Part shown: piece after piece, positions 1-9,093 of the stretch
How positions within the stretch are numbered: the first letter of the stretch is position 1
How the letters are laid out: each line of letters starts with the position of its first letter
Assembly (NCBI GenBank): GCA_963674695.2
Contig: CAXXGI010000002.1
Location: 843,406-907,405, forward strand
Origin: a bacterium
GTDB lineage: Bacteria > UBA10199 > 2-02-FULL-44-16 > JAAZCA01
Direction of reading: 5' to 3'
Length of the DNA: 64,000 nt
The notes under the pieces: generated by a model
Told to the model about the DNA's origin: nothing
The model's input: the letters and a program-made list of their open reading frames with translations, nothing else
Databases searched by the model: none
Made by a program: the position numbers and the translations under genes

Positions 1-279
1 TCGATTCTGGAAACGCTCGTGCGTATCGAGCGCCGAATGCTGGCGATCGGTCCGGTGAGTCAGGAACCGCTGGCGTTATCGGTTCGGCAGGAGAAGCTTT
101 TGAATCTGCTGCGCGAAAAAGGAAGCCTGCCTGTGAGCGAGATAGCCAAAGCGCTTAAGGTGACATCACCCGGTGCGCATCACATCATGAGGCCGCTTTT
201 GGAGCGCGGTTTGATCGATCGCATCGGTTCGCATCGATCGACACGGTATGCCCTCCCCACGAAAAGATCGAAAGCCTAA
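1..279 (+). CDS. 5'-partial protein ending in a winged-helix HTH, probably the C-terminus of a Fic/DOC-family protein
   Basis: Frame is open from base 1. LSVRQEKLLNLLREKGSLPVSEIAKALKVT...LLERGLIDRIGSHRSTRY is a typical C-terminal wHTH. The Fic catalytic motif is outside the window, so the family is inferred. Confidence 0.6.
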   Translation, partial: SILETLVRIERRMLAIGPVSQEPLALSVRQEKLLNLLREKGSLPVSEIAKALKVTSPGAHHIMRPLLERGLIDRIGSHRSTRYALPTKRSKA

Positions 280-284
280 AATCA

Positions 285-444
285 GTTCGACGATTATCAC
301 GCAAAGCACCCCAAGTGATAACTGGTCGAACCAAAGACGCCCCCAGAGCGAGTTGCGAGCTGGGGGCGTTTTTGTCCTGAGCGACGAGCGAAGCGAGGAG
401 TCGAAGGACCCCCATTTATCAATCAGGACATGGGTTTCCAGTTT
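285..444 (+). repeat. Composite intergenic repeat, copy A (att-like palindrome, nested REP-like hairpins, right hairpin arm)
   Basis: GTTCGACGATTATCAC-N14-GTGATAACTGGTCGAAC (285-331), ending AATCAGGACATGGGTTTCCAGTTT. Positions 286-318 are identical to 5101-5133. Confidence 0.9.
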
Positions 445-530
445 ATAGGAACTACTCATCATTTGCTCCGTCGACAATTGACCGAAATTATTCCGTGACG
501 TATGAGTTTCATTGGTGGGAGGTCTCACGA

Positions 531-1751
531 ATGACGATAGCCGAAGACAATCGAGCAGGTGGCACGCCGGAAAAGCCCTACAATCGAGGCCCGTTCAAGG
601 GTCTGACGCCCAACGTCATCAAGTTGGGCATCGTGTCTTTCTTCGCCGACGTTTCGAGTGAGATGATTTATCCTCTAACGCCGATCTTTCTGACGACCGT
701 GCTCGGCGCGCCGATGGCCGTCGTCGGTCTCATCGAGGGTGTGGCGGAGGCGATCGCGAGCATCATGAAGACCGTCTCTGGCCGAATGTCAGATAGAACC
801 GGCAGGCGAAGGCCATTTGTTTTCGTGGGCTATCTGCTCTCGGCGGTAGCGAAGCCTTTGATTGCGTTAGCGGGCGGATGGGCGCTGGTATTCGTCGCGC
901 GCTTTGCGGACAGGTTCGGAAAGGGTTTGAGGACGAGTTCTCGCGATGCGCTCATTGCCGATTCAGTTGATGCGAAGACGAGGGGCCTCGCGTTCGGCTG
1001 GCACAGGGCGTTTGATACGATGGGCGCGGTTATTGGGCCGCTGCTCGCCATTCTCTGTGTCAAGTATGTAGAGAATTTGAGGTTTGTCTTTCTCTGGGCC
1101 CTTGTCCCCGGAATCATCGGTGCGCTCATCGTTCTCTTCGTGAAGGAGAGGCGAACCGCACTCGGTAGTGGTAATTCGACTTTTAAATTGAGTTCTCTGC
1201 CCACGCCATTTCGCAGGTATCTCGTCGCGTGGAGCGCATTTTCGATAGCAAATTCGAGCGATATATTTCTGATTCTCAAGGCCAAACAGGTTGGGTATTC
1301 AACTGCACTCGTCATCGCCGTATATGCGTTTTACAATTTGACGTATGCGCTCGCGAGCCCGTATCTTGGACATCTCTCGGACAAGATGGAACGAAAAAAT
1401 CTTCTGGCGTTGGGGCTCATCGCCTTCGCCGCGGTCTATGTTGGGTTTGCCCTCGTTGTGCATCCGTGGCAAATGTGGGTTCTGTTCGGCATATACGGCC
1501 TCTACATGGCAGCCACGGACGGTGTCAGCAAGGCCCTCGCGATCGACTTGGTTGAGGCGGAAGTCAGGGCGACGGCGGTAGGTGTAATGAGCACGTTCTC
1601 TGGTATCGCAGCTCTCATTGCAAGCACGGTGGCTGGGGTGCTCTGGAACGCCGTTGGTTCTTGGGCGGCCTTTGTCTATGGAGCGGTCGGCGCTATCGTT
1701 GGCGCCATGATGCTTTTCAAGATTCCAAAAATTGTGAAGGCCTCTTGCTGA
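531..1751 (+). CDS. Major facilitator superfamily transporter
   Basis: About 12 hydrophobic segments. Motif A-like GRMSDRTGRRR and GHLSDKMERK. GGGAGG RBS before ATG 531. Confidence 0.92.
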   Translation: MTIAEDNRAGGTPEKPYNRGPFKGLTPNVIKLGIVSFFADVSSEMIYPLTPIFLTTVLGAPMAVVGLIEGVAEAIASIMKTVSGRMSDRTGRRRPFVFVGYLLSAVAKPLIALAGGWALVFVARFADRFGKGLRTSSRDALIADSVDAKTRGLAFGWHRAFDTMGAVIGPLLAILCVKYVENLRFVFLWALVPGIIGALIVLFVKERRTALGSGNSTFKLSSLPTPFRRYLVAWSAFSIANSSDIFLILKAKQVGYSTALVIAVYAFYNLTYALASPYLGHLSDKMERKNLLALGLIAFAAVYVGFALVVHPWQMWVLFGIYGLYMAATDGVSKALAIDLVEAEVRATAVGVMSTFSGIAALIASTVAGVLWNAVGSWAAFVYGAVGAIVGAMMLFKIPKIVKASC

Positions 1752-1876
1752 TCGATGACCAAGTAAGCATCCGGGCCTTGTTGATATGACGGAATTTCTG
1801 ATGTGTATTTGTCCGCCATGAGGTCGACGGAGGCGGTCCGGAGGCGTTGAAGACCCTCGGAAGGCGTCCTGAAAAA

Positions 1877-2113
1877 GTTCCTGAAATCGTTGCAGAAGGG
1901 ACCCCAAGTGACAACCGGTAGAACTGCCGAGAATCCCTTAGCGAGAAGCTTGAGCGACGAGCTTAGGGATTCCGGCATCCTGAGCGAGCCCTTCGACTCC
2001 CTTTGGTCGCTCAGGGTAAACTCCGCGAGTCGAAGGACCCCATTCATGAATCAGGACAGGGGTTTCCAGTTTCTGGAGCCCGAAAGCCCGCGTCCGACGG
2101 GTGTTTTCCACGA
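1877..2113 (+). repeat. Composite intergenic repeat, copy B
   Basis: GTTC...ACCCCAAGTGACAACCGGTAGAAC (1877-1924), nested hairpins, then AATCAGGACAGGGGTTTCCAGTTTCTGGAGCCCGAAAGCCCGCGTCCGACGGGTGTTTTCC. Confidence 0.88.
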
Positions 2114-2261
2114 TAGCACCCAGGAAATTACGGTATTTCAATCGCTTGATCATGGTTCCAACATGCGATATCCAACGTTCGACCGCGGGAAACCACGCGA
2201 TGTGTCTCTGTTCTCCACAGAATCGAGAAGGGAGAGCATGCGAGCGTGAAATGAGGGTTCT

Positions 2262-3560
2262 ATGACGCGAATATGGTTCAGATCGTTTGTGGTCATTGGG
2301 ATGGTCGCAGTATGTGCGGGGGCATCGGGATGCCGCGGATGCACCAGTGGGGAATCACAGCGTGAATGGGCACAAAGCGCACTCAAAGCAGCTGACGTGT
2401 CCATGGATGCGACGACCGTCGAGGCGAACAATGCCTTCGGGTTCGATCTTCTGCAGCGCGTCAGGGAAGACTCGACGGGGAATGTTATCTTCTCGCCCGT
2501 CAGCCTCTCCATTGCGCTGACGATGACGGCGGCGGGGGCGCAGGGGGGGACGCGGGATCAGATGCTCGAAGTCCTCCATCTGGGTCCCGATCTGGCGAAG
2601 GTCCAGGCAGAGTACCGAGCGCTACTCGCGCGGTGGGTGCTTTCCGAAAAGCCATATTTGCTGGAGGTGGCCAATCGCCTCTGGGTGGACCAGGGGTTTT
2701 CCCTCCTTCCTTCCTATCTCTCGCTGGTGGAAAACAATTTCGGTGCCGAACCGAAAACGCTGAACATCACCGGGAATCCCGAGGAGGCTCGCCGGGCGAT
2801 CAACGCATGGACTAGTGAACAAACGCACGGTAGGATCGAGGATCTCATCCCGGCGGGGAATCTGAATGCCGATTCGCAGCTCGTTTTGACGAATGCCATC
2901 TATTTCTTCGGGGAATGGGCACGGAAGTTCGACCCGGACAGGACGAGAAACGAGGATTTCTATTTGGATGCTGCAAATCAAGTGAATGTTCCGTTTATGC
3001 ACGAAACCAATCGCTATCGGTATGCCGAGACGGATGCATTTCAGCTGCTGGAGATGTCTTACAAGGGTGGGGATCTCTCGATGGTGATCCTTCTTCCGCG
3101 TGCGCGGGATGGGATCGCGGCTCTGGAGCGTGACCTTACGTCGATGTCGATCGAGCAACTTCTGGCGCAGGCGTCGATGAAAAAGGTCATCGTGACACTC
3201 CCAAAATTTCGGATCGAAAAAGCATTCGGGCTAGAAGAGGTGCTTCGAAAGATGGGGATGGGTCTGGCGTTCAGCGGTGCCGCTGATTTCAGCGGGATGA
3301 CGGGGGGCAGGGATCTGATGATCGGTTTCGTGAGACACAAGGCTTTCATCGATGTGAATGAGGATCGCACGGAGGCGGCCGCAGCGACCGCGGTATCGAT
3401 GATGCCGGCGGCTGCTCCTCCTCGACCGGAGCCGCCCATCGTCTTTCGTGCGGACCATTCATTTCTCTTTCTGATTCGCGACAGAACATCCGGGGCTATC
3501 CTCTTCCTCGGCCGCCTTGCAAATCCTCGGGGGGTGAAGGAAAAATTTCCAGGACACTAA
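2262..3560 (+). CDS. Secreted serpin (serine protease inhibitor family)
   Basis: FSPVSLSIAL, LVLTNAIYFFGEW, hinge TEAAAAT and FRADHSFLFLIRD...ILFLGRLANP. Hydrophobic N-terminal signal. Confidence 0.95.
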   Translation: MTRIWFRSFVVIGMVAVCAGASGCRGCTSGESQREWAQSALKAADVSMDATTVEANNAFGFDLLQRVREDSTGNVIFSPVSLSIALTMTAAGAQGGTRDQMLEVLHLGPDLAKVQAEYRALLARWVLSEKPYLLEVANRLWVDQGFSLLPSYLSLVENNFGAEPKTLNITGNPEEARRAINAWTSEQTHGRIEDLIPAGNLNADSQLVLTNAIYFFGEWARKFDPDRTRNEDFYLDAANQVNVPFMHETNRYRYAETDAFQLLEMSYKGGDLSMVILLPRARDGIAALERDLTSMSIEQLLAQASMKKVIVTLPKFRIEKAFGLEEVLRKMGMGLAFSGAADFSGMTGGRDLMIGFVRHKAFIDVNEDRTEAAAATAVSMMPAAAPPRPEPPIVFRADHSFLFLIRDRTSGAILFLGRLANPRGVKEKFPGH

Positions 3561-3645
3561 TAGTTCCGAGGACACGACGCTTGTTCTGATCTCCAGGGAC
3601 ATGAGACTTAATTTAGTGCTCATCTCGGTCGTCATCGAGATCGCC

Positions 3646-3755
3646 TGCCCTGAGCGAAGTCGAAGGGATCAACAGCCCAGTACACGGATCCAGGGATATC
3701 AGCTTCCCTGAAGGCTGAGCTCTTCGGCAAGCTCAGGACGGGCACTGTCGAATGG
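3646..3755. repeat. REP-like palindromic fragments (CCTGAGCGAAGTCGAAGG family)
   Basis: GCCCTGAGCGAAGTCGAAGGG plus the inverse form CTTCGGCAAGCTCAGGAC. The same family occurs at 373-408 and 1977-2037. Confidence 0.65.
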
Positions 3756-3902
3756 GGCGTACATTCTCGTCCGCGTCGTGAACCCCTGCATTTTCCTCAA
3801 CCGATCACACACGAACGTCTGACGCTCCTGATCGAGAGTGCCGTTGAGCGCGGGTGGTACTTATCGATTGAACTATTCCAGCCAATAAGATAGAATGGTT
3901 CC

Positions 3903-5096
3903 ATGAAAATAAAAAGGATGTATTTCAATAAGTTATATAAAGAATTGCGGGAACCGGAGATCTCCATTTTGCTCGGTGCGCGACAGGTGGGGAAAACGAC
4001 GTTGCTCGAACAACTCCATGCGAAGGTGACCAAAGCAGGGCTGAAATCGAAATATTTCAACCTCGAATCCTCGGAAGGGCTCATGGAACTTTCGGGCGAT
4101 AATGCGGCGGTCATCAAAACGCTGATGGGAGCAGGGGATGTCGTTTTTATCGATGAATTCCACTATTTGAAAAATGCATCGAAGATTTTTAAAGAGATCT
4201 ACGATTCGAAGAAAAAGGTGAAGATCTATGCCTCGGGTTCATCGTCGCTGGAAATCCATAAGCATTTGAAGGAGAGTCTTGCTGGACGTTTTCGAACGAC
4301 GATGATTTTTCCGCTGACACGTGAGGAGATGAGACAGTCCAAGATGGAGGTGCTGGATGTGTTTTTGAAGTGGGGTGGAATGCCTGGATTGTTGCATCGG
4401 GCGAGCGACGACGACAAGATGGATCTGCTCAGCAATATCGTGAGCACGTACATCACGAAAGACGTCAAGGCGATGATTCGGGAGGAAAACGTACGAGCCT
4501 TTAACCAAATGCTCTATCTGCTTGCGCAGAATCAGGGCTCCCTCGTTGTGATGGCCAATATCGCGAACGCGACGGGAATAAGTCAAACGACCATCGCCGA
4601 CTATCTCGAGATTATGTCACAGACGTATGTTTGCCATCCGGTGCATAGCTATTCGACGAATCTTGCTAATGAGCTAAAGAAATCAAAAAAATGTTATTTG
4701 TTTGATGTGGGAATTCGCAACAGCCTTCTCAAGGATTTTGGAGAACCAGCCGAGCGAGGTGATCGGGGCGTTCTCCACGAAACGTTCGTGTATCTCAGCA
4801 TGCTCCCTCAGCTCAAACCGAATATGGAAATACGGTTCTGGAGGACGAAGAAGGGGGATGAGGTTGACTTTGTTTTGATCAAGAACCGGGTTCCTGTGCC
4901 GGTCGAGGTGAAGTCGAGCGTAAAGGAAGCTTCCATTCCTTCCGGCATGCGGTCTTTTTTTCGAGCATATCCGAAGGCGCCGTTTGGCATCGTGTTTAGC
5001 GGTATTCCGGAGAAAACGGCTGACCATGAAGGAAAGCCTGTTTATTTTATGGGATGGGATCGGGCTGAGAATATCGAGTATTTGAATGATGTGTAA
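3903..5096 (+). CDS. AAA_14 ATPase with C-terminal DUF4143 (PD-(D/E)xK-like) domain
   Basis: Walker A GARQVGKT, Walker B VFIDE, SGSS, ESLAGR, FWRT...EVDFV...PVEVK. Confidence 0.93.
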   Translation: MKIKRMYFNKLYKELREPEISILLGARQVGKTTLLEQLHAKVTKAGLKSKYFNLESSEGLMELSGDNAAVIKTLMGAGDVVFIDEFHYLKNASKIFKEIYDSKKKVKIYASGSSSLEIHKHLKESLAGRFRTTMIFPLTREEMRQSKMEVLDVFLKWGGMPGLLHRASDDDKMDLLSNIVSTYITKDVKAMIREENVRAFNQMLYLLAQNQGSLVVMANIANATGISQTTIADYLEIMSQTYVCHPVHSYSTNLANELKKSKKCYLFDVGIRNSLLKDFGEPAERGDRGVLHETFVYLSMLPQLKPNMEIRFWRTKKGDEVDFVLIKNRVPVPVEVKSSVKEASIPSGMRSFFRAYPKAPFGIVFSGIPEKTADHEGKPVYFMGWDRAENIEYLNDV

Positions 5097-5100
5097 CAGA

Positions 5101-5280
5101 TTCGACGATTATCACGCAAAGCACCCCAAGTGACAACCGCAGAGCGGAGCACATGCGGAGCGCATATAATTGAAGTGACCCGCCGTAGGCGGGGAACAAG
5201 GATCCTTGGAGGTCAGAATGAAATGACAACTGGTAGAACCCCTGTTCTGATTCAATCAGGACGGGGGTTTCCAGTTTTTG
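5101..5280 (+). repeat. Composite intergenic repeat, copy C
   Basis: 33-bp exact copy of 286-318, then a ~90-bp insert bounded by TGACAAC (5131-5137 and 5224-5230), then hairpin AACTGGTAGAACCCCTGTTCTGATT-C-AATCAGGACGGGGGTTTCCAGTT (5228-5276). Confidence 0.9.
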
Positions 5281-5301
5281 GGGGGAAGGTCAAATGCGGT
5301 A

Positions 5302-5367
5302 CGATGTGAAATGGAGAACAAGGAAAGAGCTGATCGAATCAGCGGGATGTTCTACCGGCTCAGGTGA
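5302..5367 (+). pseudogene. 3' remnant (last 21 codons) of a four-helix-bundle protein gene
   Basis: Encodes RCEMENKERADRISGMFYRLR*. Positions 5301-5373 match the reverse complement of 53212-53284 at 69/73 nt. Confidence 0.9.
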
Positions 5368-5380
5368 GCCGGTAATTAGG

Positions 5381-5434
5381 AATCAACATCAGGATCAACA
5401 TCAACATCACCATCATTCACAATCAAAAATCAGA
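5381..5434 (+). repeat. Degenerate ATCAnn hexa/heptamer tandem array
   Basis: AATCAAC ATCAGG ATCAAC ATCAAC ATCACC ATCATTCAC AATCAAAA ATCAGA. Same type as 53162-53210 read on the minus strand. Confidence 0.8.
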
Positions 5435-5509
5435 AGGCAATTGTGCGATGATATCGTGACTGCTGCACCTTACCCTCAAACGAATGAAGTGTTGTGAATC
5501 GCCCCGGGA

Positions 5510-6421
5510 TTATCGTCTTTGTTCATGCGAATCGACGCTGGATTGAACCAATCCCTCAACGATTCGATCAAGGGTCTCATTGAAAACAATCGGTTTCTCG
5601 AGCATCAGAAAATGTCCTGCATCGTCGATAAATGTAACGTTATAATTTTTGATATACTTTTTATTCGTTTTGACGTTTGTGGGATATATCTTTGAGTTGA
5701 TAGAAAAAATGGGGACGCTGATGTGAGCAAAGTAGTCTGTAACCCTCCCTTTTTGGTACTCCCCCAGAAACTCCTCCATTGCACTTACGCCAACATGCGG
5801 CGGAGATGATGACATATCCTCTGTTATCCAATCAATGAGTTTTGGAGAAGTGCTCGGCACAAACATATCTTTCAGGAAGGACTTGGTAGCCTTCTTGAAA
5901 TCTTCTCTGAATGGCTCCAGCATCATCGTAAATACCTCTGACGTTACCGGATATGCAACATCCTGAATGGAATCGACTATTACAATACCAATCACCCTTT
6001 CTGGGAGAAGGCTGGCCGTTTTTGCAGCTAATTCACCACCCATCGAATGTCCTATGAGGATAACTTTGCTCGAGCCAACTGAATCGACAACAGCTTTTAC
6101 ATCATCAGCGAAGGAGTCTATCGAATATCTTTTTCTTTCCAGACCTGAACGACCATGGCCGGCAAGATCGATTGTCACCACCTGATATTTTTTTGAAAAA
6201 TAGGGAATCTGCTCTTTCCAATAATTGCCGTCGCAGCTCCATCCATGGATGAAAATTAAAGCGGGTTCTTTGCCTGAATACAATTCGTACGATATGCGTA
6301 CACCATCGGAGGAATCAACGCTCTTCACAACACCAACGTGCTTCTTGGATGAGCATCCAAAAGAGAACGATACCATCAATAAGATGCATATCAGAGCGAT
6401 GGAGCGAAATGATTTTATCAT
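5510..6421 (-). CDS. Alpha/beta fold hydrolase, probable lipoprotein
   Basis: FIHGWS oxyanion motif, GHSMGG nucleophile elbow, GHFLMLE. Lipobox-like SFGC. AT-rich relative to its flanks. Confidence 0.92.
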   Translation of the reverse strand: MIKSFRSIALICILLMVSFSFGCSSKKHVGVVKSVDSSDGVRISYELYSGKEPALIFIHGWSCDGNYWKEQIPYFSKKYQVVTIDLAGHGRSGLERKRYSIDSFADDVKAVVDSVGSSKVILIGHSMGGELAAKTASLLPERVIGIVIVDSIQDVAYPVTSEVFTMMLEPFREDFKKATKSFLKDMFVPSTSPKLIDWITEDMSSSPPHVGVSAMEEFLGEYQKGRVTDYFAHISVPIFSINSKIYPTNVKTNKKYIKNYNVTFIDDAGHFLMLEKPIVFNETLDRIVEGLVQSSVDSHEQRR

Positions 6422-6620
6422 AGAATGCCTCGTGACTTCCTTCTCATTGAGCTGCGCTGTATATGAGATGTGTTTCAAACTCAATGGTATTATGTGGCCA
6501 TCTCTTGACAGGCAGTTCTGGAATCGTTCAACCAGCCAGCCATTGTGTTTTTTACGACGAAGCTCCATGGGAGCGTGGGAAGTTAGAACCATAATGCCCC
6601 GCCGAATGGCGGGGGCGATG

Positions 6621-6788
6621 GATAACTGGTAGAACCCCTGTTTTAATTCAATCGGGACGGGAGTTTTCCGTTCATGAGGCCCGAAAACTCGCCTCCGACG
6701 GGTGTTTTCCGTGATGGTTATTTCGAGAAGCCAACCCGATGCATGGCTGGAGGAGATCGAGGGGTGTCGGGGAAGGGGTTTGACCGGT
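6621..6788 (+). repeat. Composite intergenic repeat, copy D (short hairpin form with long right arm)
   Basis: GATAACTGGTAGAACCCCTGTTTTAATTCAATCGGGACGGGAGTTTTCCG...CCGACGGGTGTTTTCC. Ungapped similarity to 10061-10191. Confidence 0.85.
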
Positions 6789-7454
6789 GTGGCAGGACCA
6801 GATCAGACCTATAGCGAATACGCTGCGGCCGCTACTGCCGAGATCTGTCCGAACGAGGATGTATGCGCAACGAAATACTATGAAAATGTGCTACGTCAGT
6901 ATTCACAGATCTCTGACGCCAATTGCTGGCCGGAATTCCGGTTCAGCTATAGCGAGGGGCCTGCAGTAACGGCTTTTGCGTGGGCAGGTATGGGAGGTGT
7001 CACGCGTCCACTAGAGCGTCGCGCTTTTATGGAGTCTTTTCAAAACGGCAACGAGACATACATGCGTAGTTTTGATACCATCGTTACGGATGCCATTGGT
7101 GATGATGGATCGGTGGAATGTAATATGCGGGTCGAGTTCCTTTTGGCGTTGGATGCGGTTTCGATCATTACTCCGGATGGAAGCGGACCACCTGAAGATT
7201 CGATCGGAGTTCCGGGAGCGAACATGGCCAAGGCCATTACACCGGGGACGGATCCGACTCTTCTCATTCCCGACGTTGGCGTTGCCTCCACGGTGCGCTC
7301 TGTTTTCAATACAACGATTACTTCAGTGCTGGGAACCGATGAGGCCACGTCTTTATGCCAAGCGCAGCTCGGCGAATCGAATGAACGCACACGGAATGGC
7401 TTCGTATCGAAAGGGGCGATAGTTGCTGATACCAACCCGATTCCTTCGCCGTGA
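6702..7454 (+). CDS. Hypothetical protein, probably the 5'-truncated C-terminal part of a secreted Cys-containing protein
   Basis: 250-codon ORF whose first ~29 codons come from repeat copy D. No RBS and no recognisable domain. Confidence 0.45.
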   Translation: MFSVMVISRSQPDAWLEEIEGCRGRGLTGVAGPDQTYSEYAAAATAEICPNEDVCATKYYENVLRQYSQISDANCWPEFRFSYSEGPAVTAFAWAGMGGVTRPLERRAFMESFQNGNETYMRSFDTIVTDAIGDDGSVECNMRVEFLLALDAVSIITPDGSGPPEDSIGVPGANMAKAITPGTDPTLLIPDVGVASTVRSVFNTTITSVLGTDEATSLCQAQLGESNERTRNGFVSKGAIVADTNPIPSP

Positions 7455-7770
7455 AGTTTTGAGATGAATAAGTTTGTTCGAGTATAGATCCGATACGGGG
7501 AATAAGTAAGAAAACCTCGTTGTTTAGGTCTAACTTATACTGAACCATATCAGTAAAACTGCCAGCGCATTCGCGTCTCAAATCGAGTCACAATCGAACA
7601 GAACAAACGCCACACCACTGCAACCGGGCTCATATGCGACAAATTGCGCCCCTCGCCTTCTCGCGTTTTCAATTCTGTTCCGTCTGATGGTTTTCTAGTC
7701 CTATCAAGCGCTCACCGGACGCCCGACCTTTCGCTCACAGGGCGAACTCGCTCGATTTCCAGAAACAGCA

Positions 7771-9093
7771 TTATCGTCGCAGTCGCAAAATCTGGTTCAG
7801 AGCAACGGCGAGCAGGGTGGCCAGCGTCAGCGAGGACTCGAAGAGGGGGGCAAGCCACATGGGGACATGGGCGTAGAGTTCGGGGAGGATGTCGACACTC
7901 AAGCCCAGGGCGAATGGAACGCCGATGACGAAGATTTTTCGGGTGTCGATCCCGCTGCCGATGATGATCTGCAGCCCCGACAGGACCATGAAGCTGATGA
8001 CGAAGATCAGGATCGCGCCCATGACCGGATCGGGCATGATCGAGATCAGCGACGAGAGCTGTGGGAAGAAGGCGAGCAGGATGAAGAGCGCACCGGCGAT
8101 AAAGCCGATCCAACGGCTCGTTGCCCGCGTTGCCAGCGACATCCCGACGTTGCTTGCCGAGCTGTCGGTTGCCATCCCCCCGAGGAGCCCGGCGGAGATG
8201 ACGCTCAAGCCATCGGCGAACAATCCGTTGCCGATGTTGCCGATGTTCGCTTCCTCCCAGCTGGCGTCGTTGGCCTTCTGGGCGATGACGAGATTTCCGA
8301 AGGTCTTGAGGCTTCCGCAAAGGGAGACGATGAGGAACGGGACGAGCAGCGACAGGTCGAAGGAAAATTTAAAATCGCTCAAGCCGCGGATGGGGCTGTC
8401 GACAAGCGGGGCGTGCATGAGGTTGTAGAGATCGACTGACGAGATGATGCCGAAGAGCAGCGAGAGGAGATACCCGGCCGCCATGCCGATCAGCACGGAG
8501 TAGAGCTTGAGCCGGCCCCGGCTCATGACGTTGACCCCGATCATGATCGCCAGCGTGATCGTCGCCGTCAACACGACTGCGGGCTGGATGCGGTCGCCGG
8601 CGTAGTCGATGCCCACGAATTTCGACGCGCCCAGCGGAACGAGCATGACCGCGACCATGACGACGACGAGCCCCGTGATCTCGACCGGGAAGAGAACGCG
8701 CAGCTTCGAGATGACGCGCGAGAAGAAGAGCTCGAACAGCCCCGCGACGATCGTCATGCCGCGCATCAGCGGCAGACCGCCGATCCACGCGGCGTGTACG
8801 GACACCGACAGGAAGGACGGTCCGCAGAGGTTGGGGACCAGGTAGCCGGATCCCACACACCCCCGGCCCAGCGACTGCAGGATCGTTCCGATGCCGGCCG
8901 CGATCATCGAGAGCGAGACGACGCTGCGGATCTCGGCGAATGATCCGCCGATCTCCTGCAGGATGACGACCGGGAGGATGAGCGTGCTCGACATGACAAA
9001 GACGTGCTGAAGGGCGAGGACCAGCAGCACCGCGAGCGGGGGCCTCTCATCCACAGCATAGATCAGATCGTCTGGTCTTAGAACTTTTTCCAT
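7771..9093 (-). CDS. NCS2 (uracil/xanthine permease, SLC23) family transporter
   Basis: YAVDERPP..LALQH start, LFPVEITG, GLFADGL, NAT-like motif SNVGMSLATRATSR, MPDPVMGA. Confidence 0.9.
   Translation of the reverse strand: MEKVLRPDDLIYAVDERPPLAVLLVLALQHVFVMSSTLILPVVILQEIGGSFAEIRSVVSLSMIAAGIGTILQSLGRGCVGSGYLVPNLCGPSFLSVSVHAAWIGGLPLMRGMTIVAGLFELFFSRVISKLRVLFPVEITGLVVVMVAVMLVPLGASKFVGIDYAGDRIQPAVVLTATITLAIMIGVNVMSRGRLKLYSVLIGMAAGYLLSLLFGIISSVDLYNLMHAPLVDSPIRGLSDFKFSFDLSLLVPFLIVSLCGSLKTFGNLVIAQKANDASWEEANIGNIGNGLFADGLSVISAGLLGGMATDSSASNVGMSLATRATSRWIGFIAGALFILLAFFPQLSSLISIMPDPVMGAILIFVISFMVLSGLQIIIGSGIDTRKIFVIGVPFALGLSVDILPELYAHVPMWLAPLFESSLTLATLLAVALNQILRLRR

Noticed and set aside
285-313. tRNA 3' end (GTTCGA...CCA), also TGGCGGGGGCGATGG near 6607
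   Set aside because: The spacing from GTTCGA to CCA is too long and neither site forms a T-stem or cloverleaf.
5301-5373. DGR template/variable repeat pair with 53212-53284, given the Avd-like proteins
   Set aside because: There is no reverse transcriptase in the window. The mismatches are not all at adenines of one copy (three A in the gene, one A in the remnant), and flanking differences involve C.
5294-5497. His/Gln-rich 67-aa ORF
   Set aside because: It is an out-of-frame reading of the four-helix-bundle remnant plus the ATCAnn array.
7476-7545. Another att-like site (GTTCGAGTATA...TATACTGAAC)
   Set aside because: It is an imperfect inverted repeat with a 70-bp span and lacks the ACCCCAAGTGA core, so it is too weak to assign.
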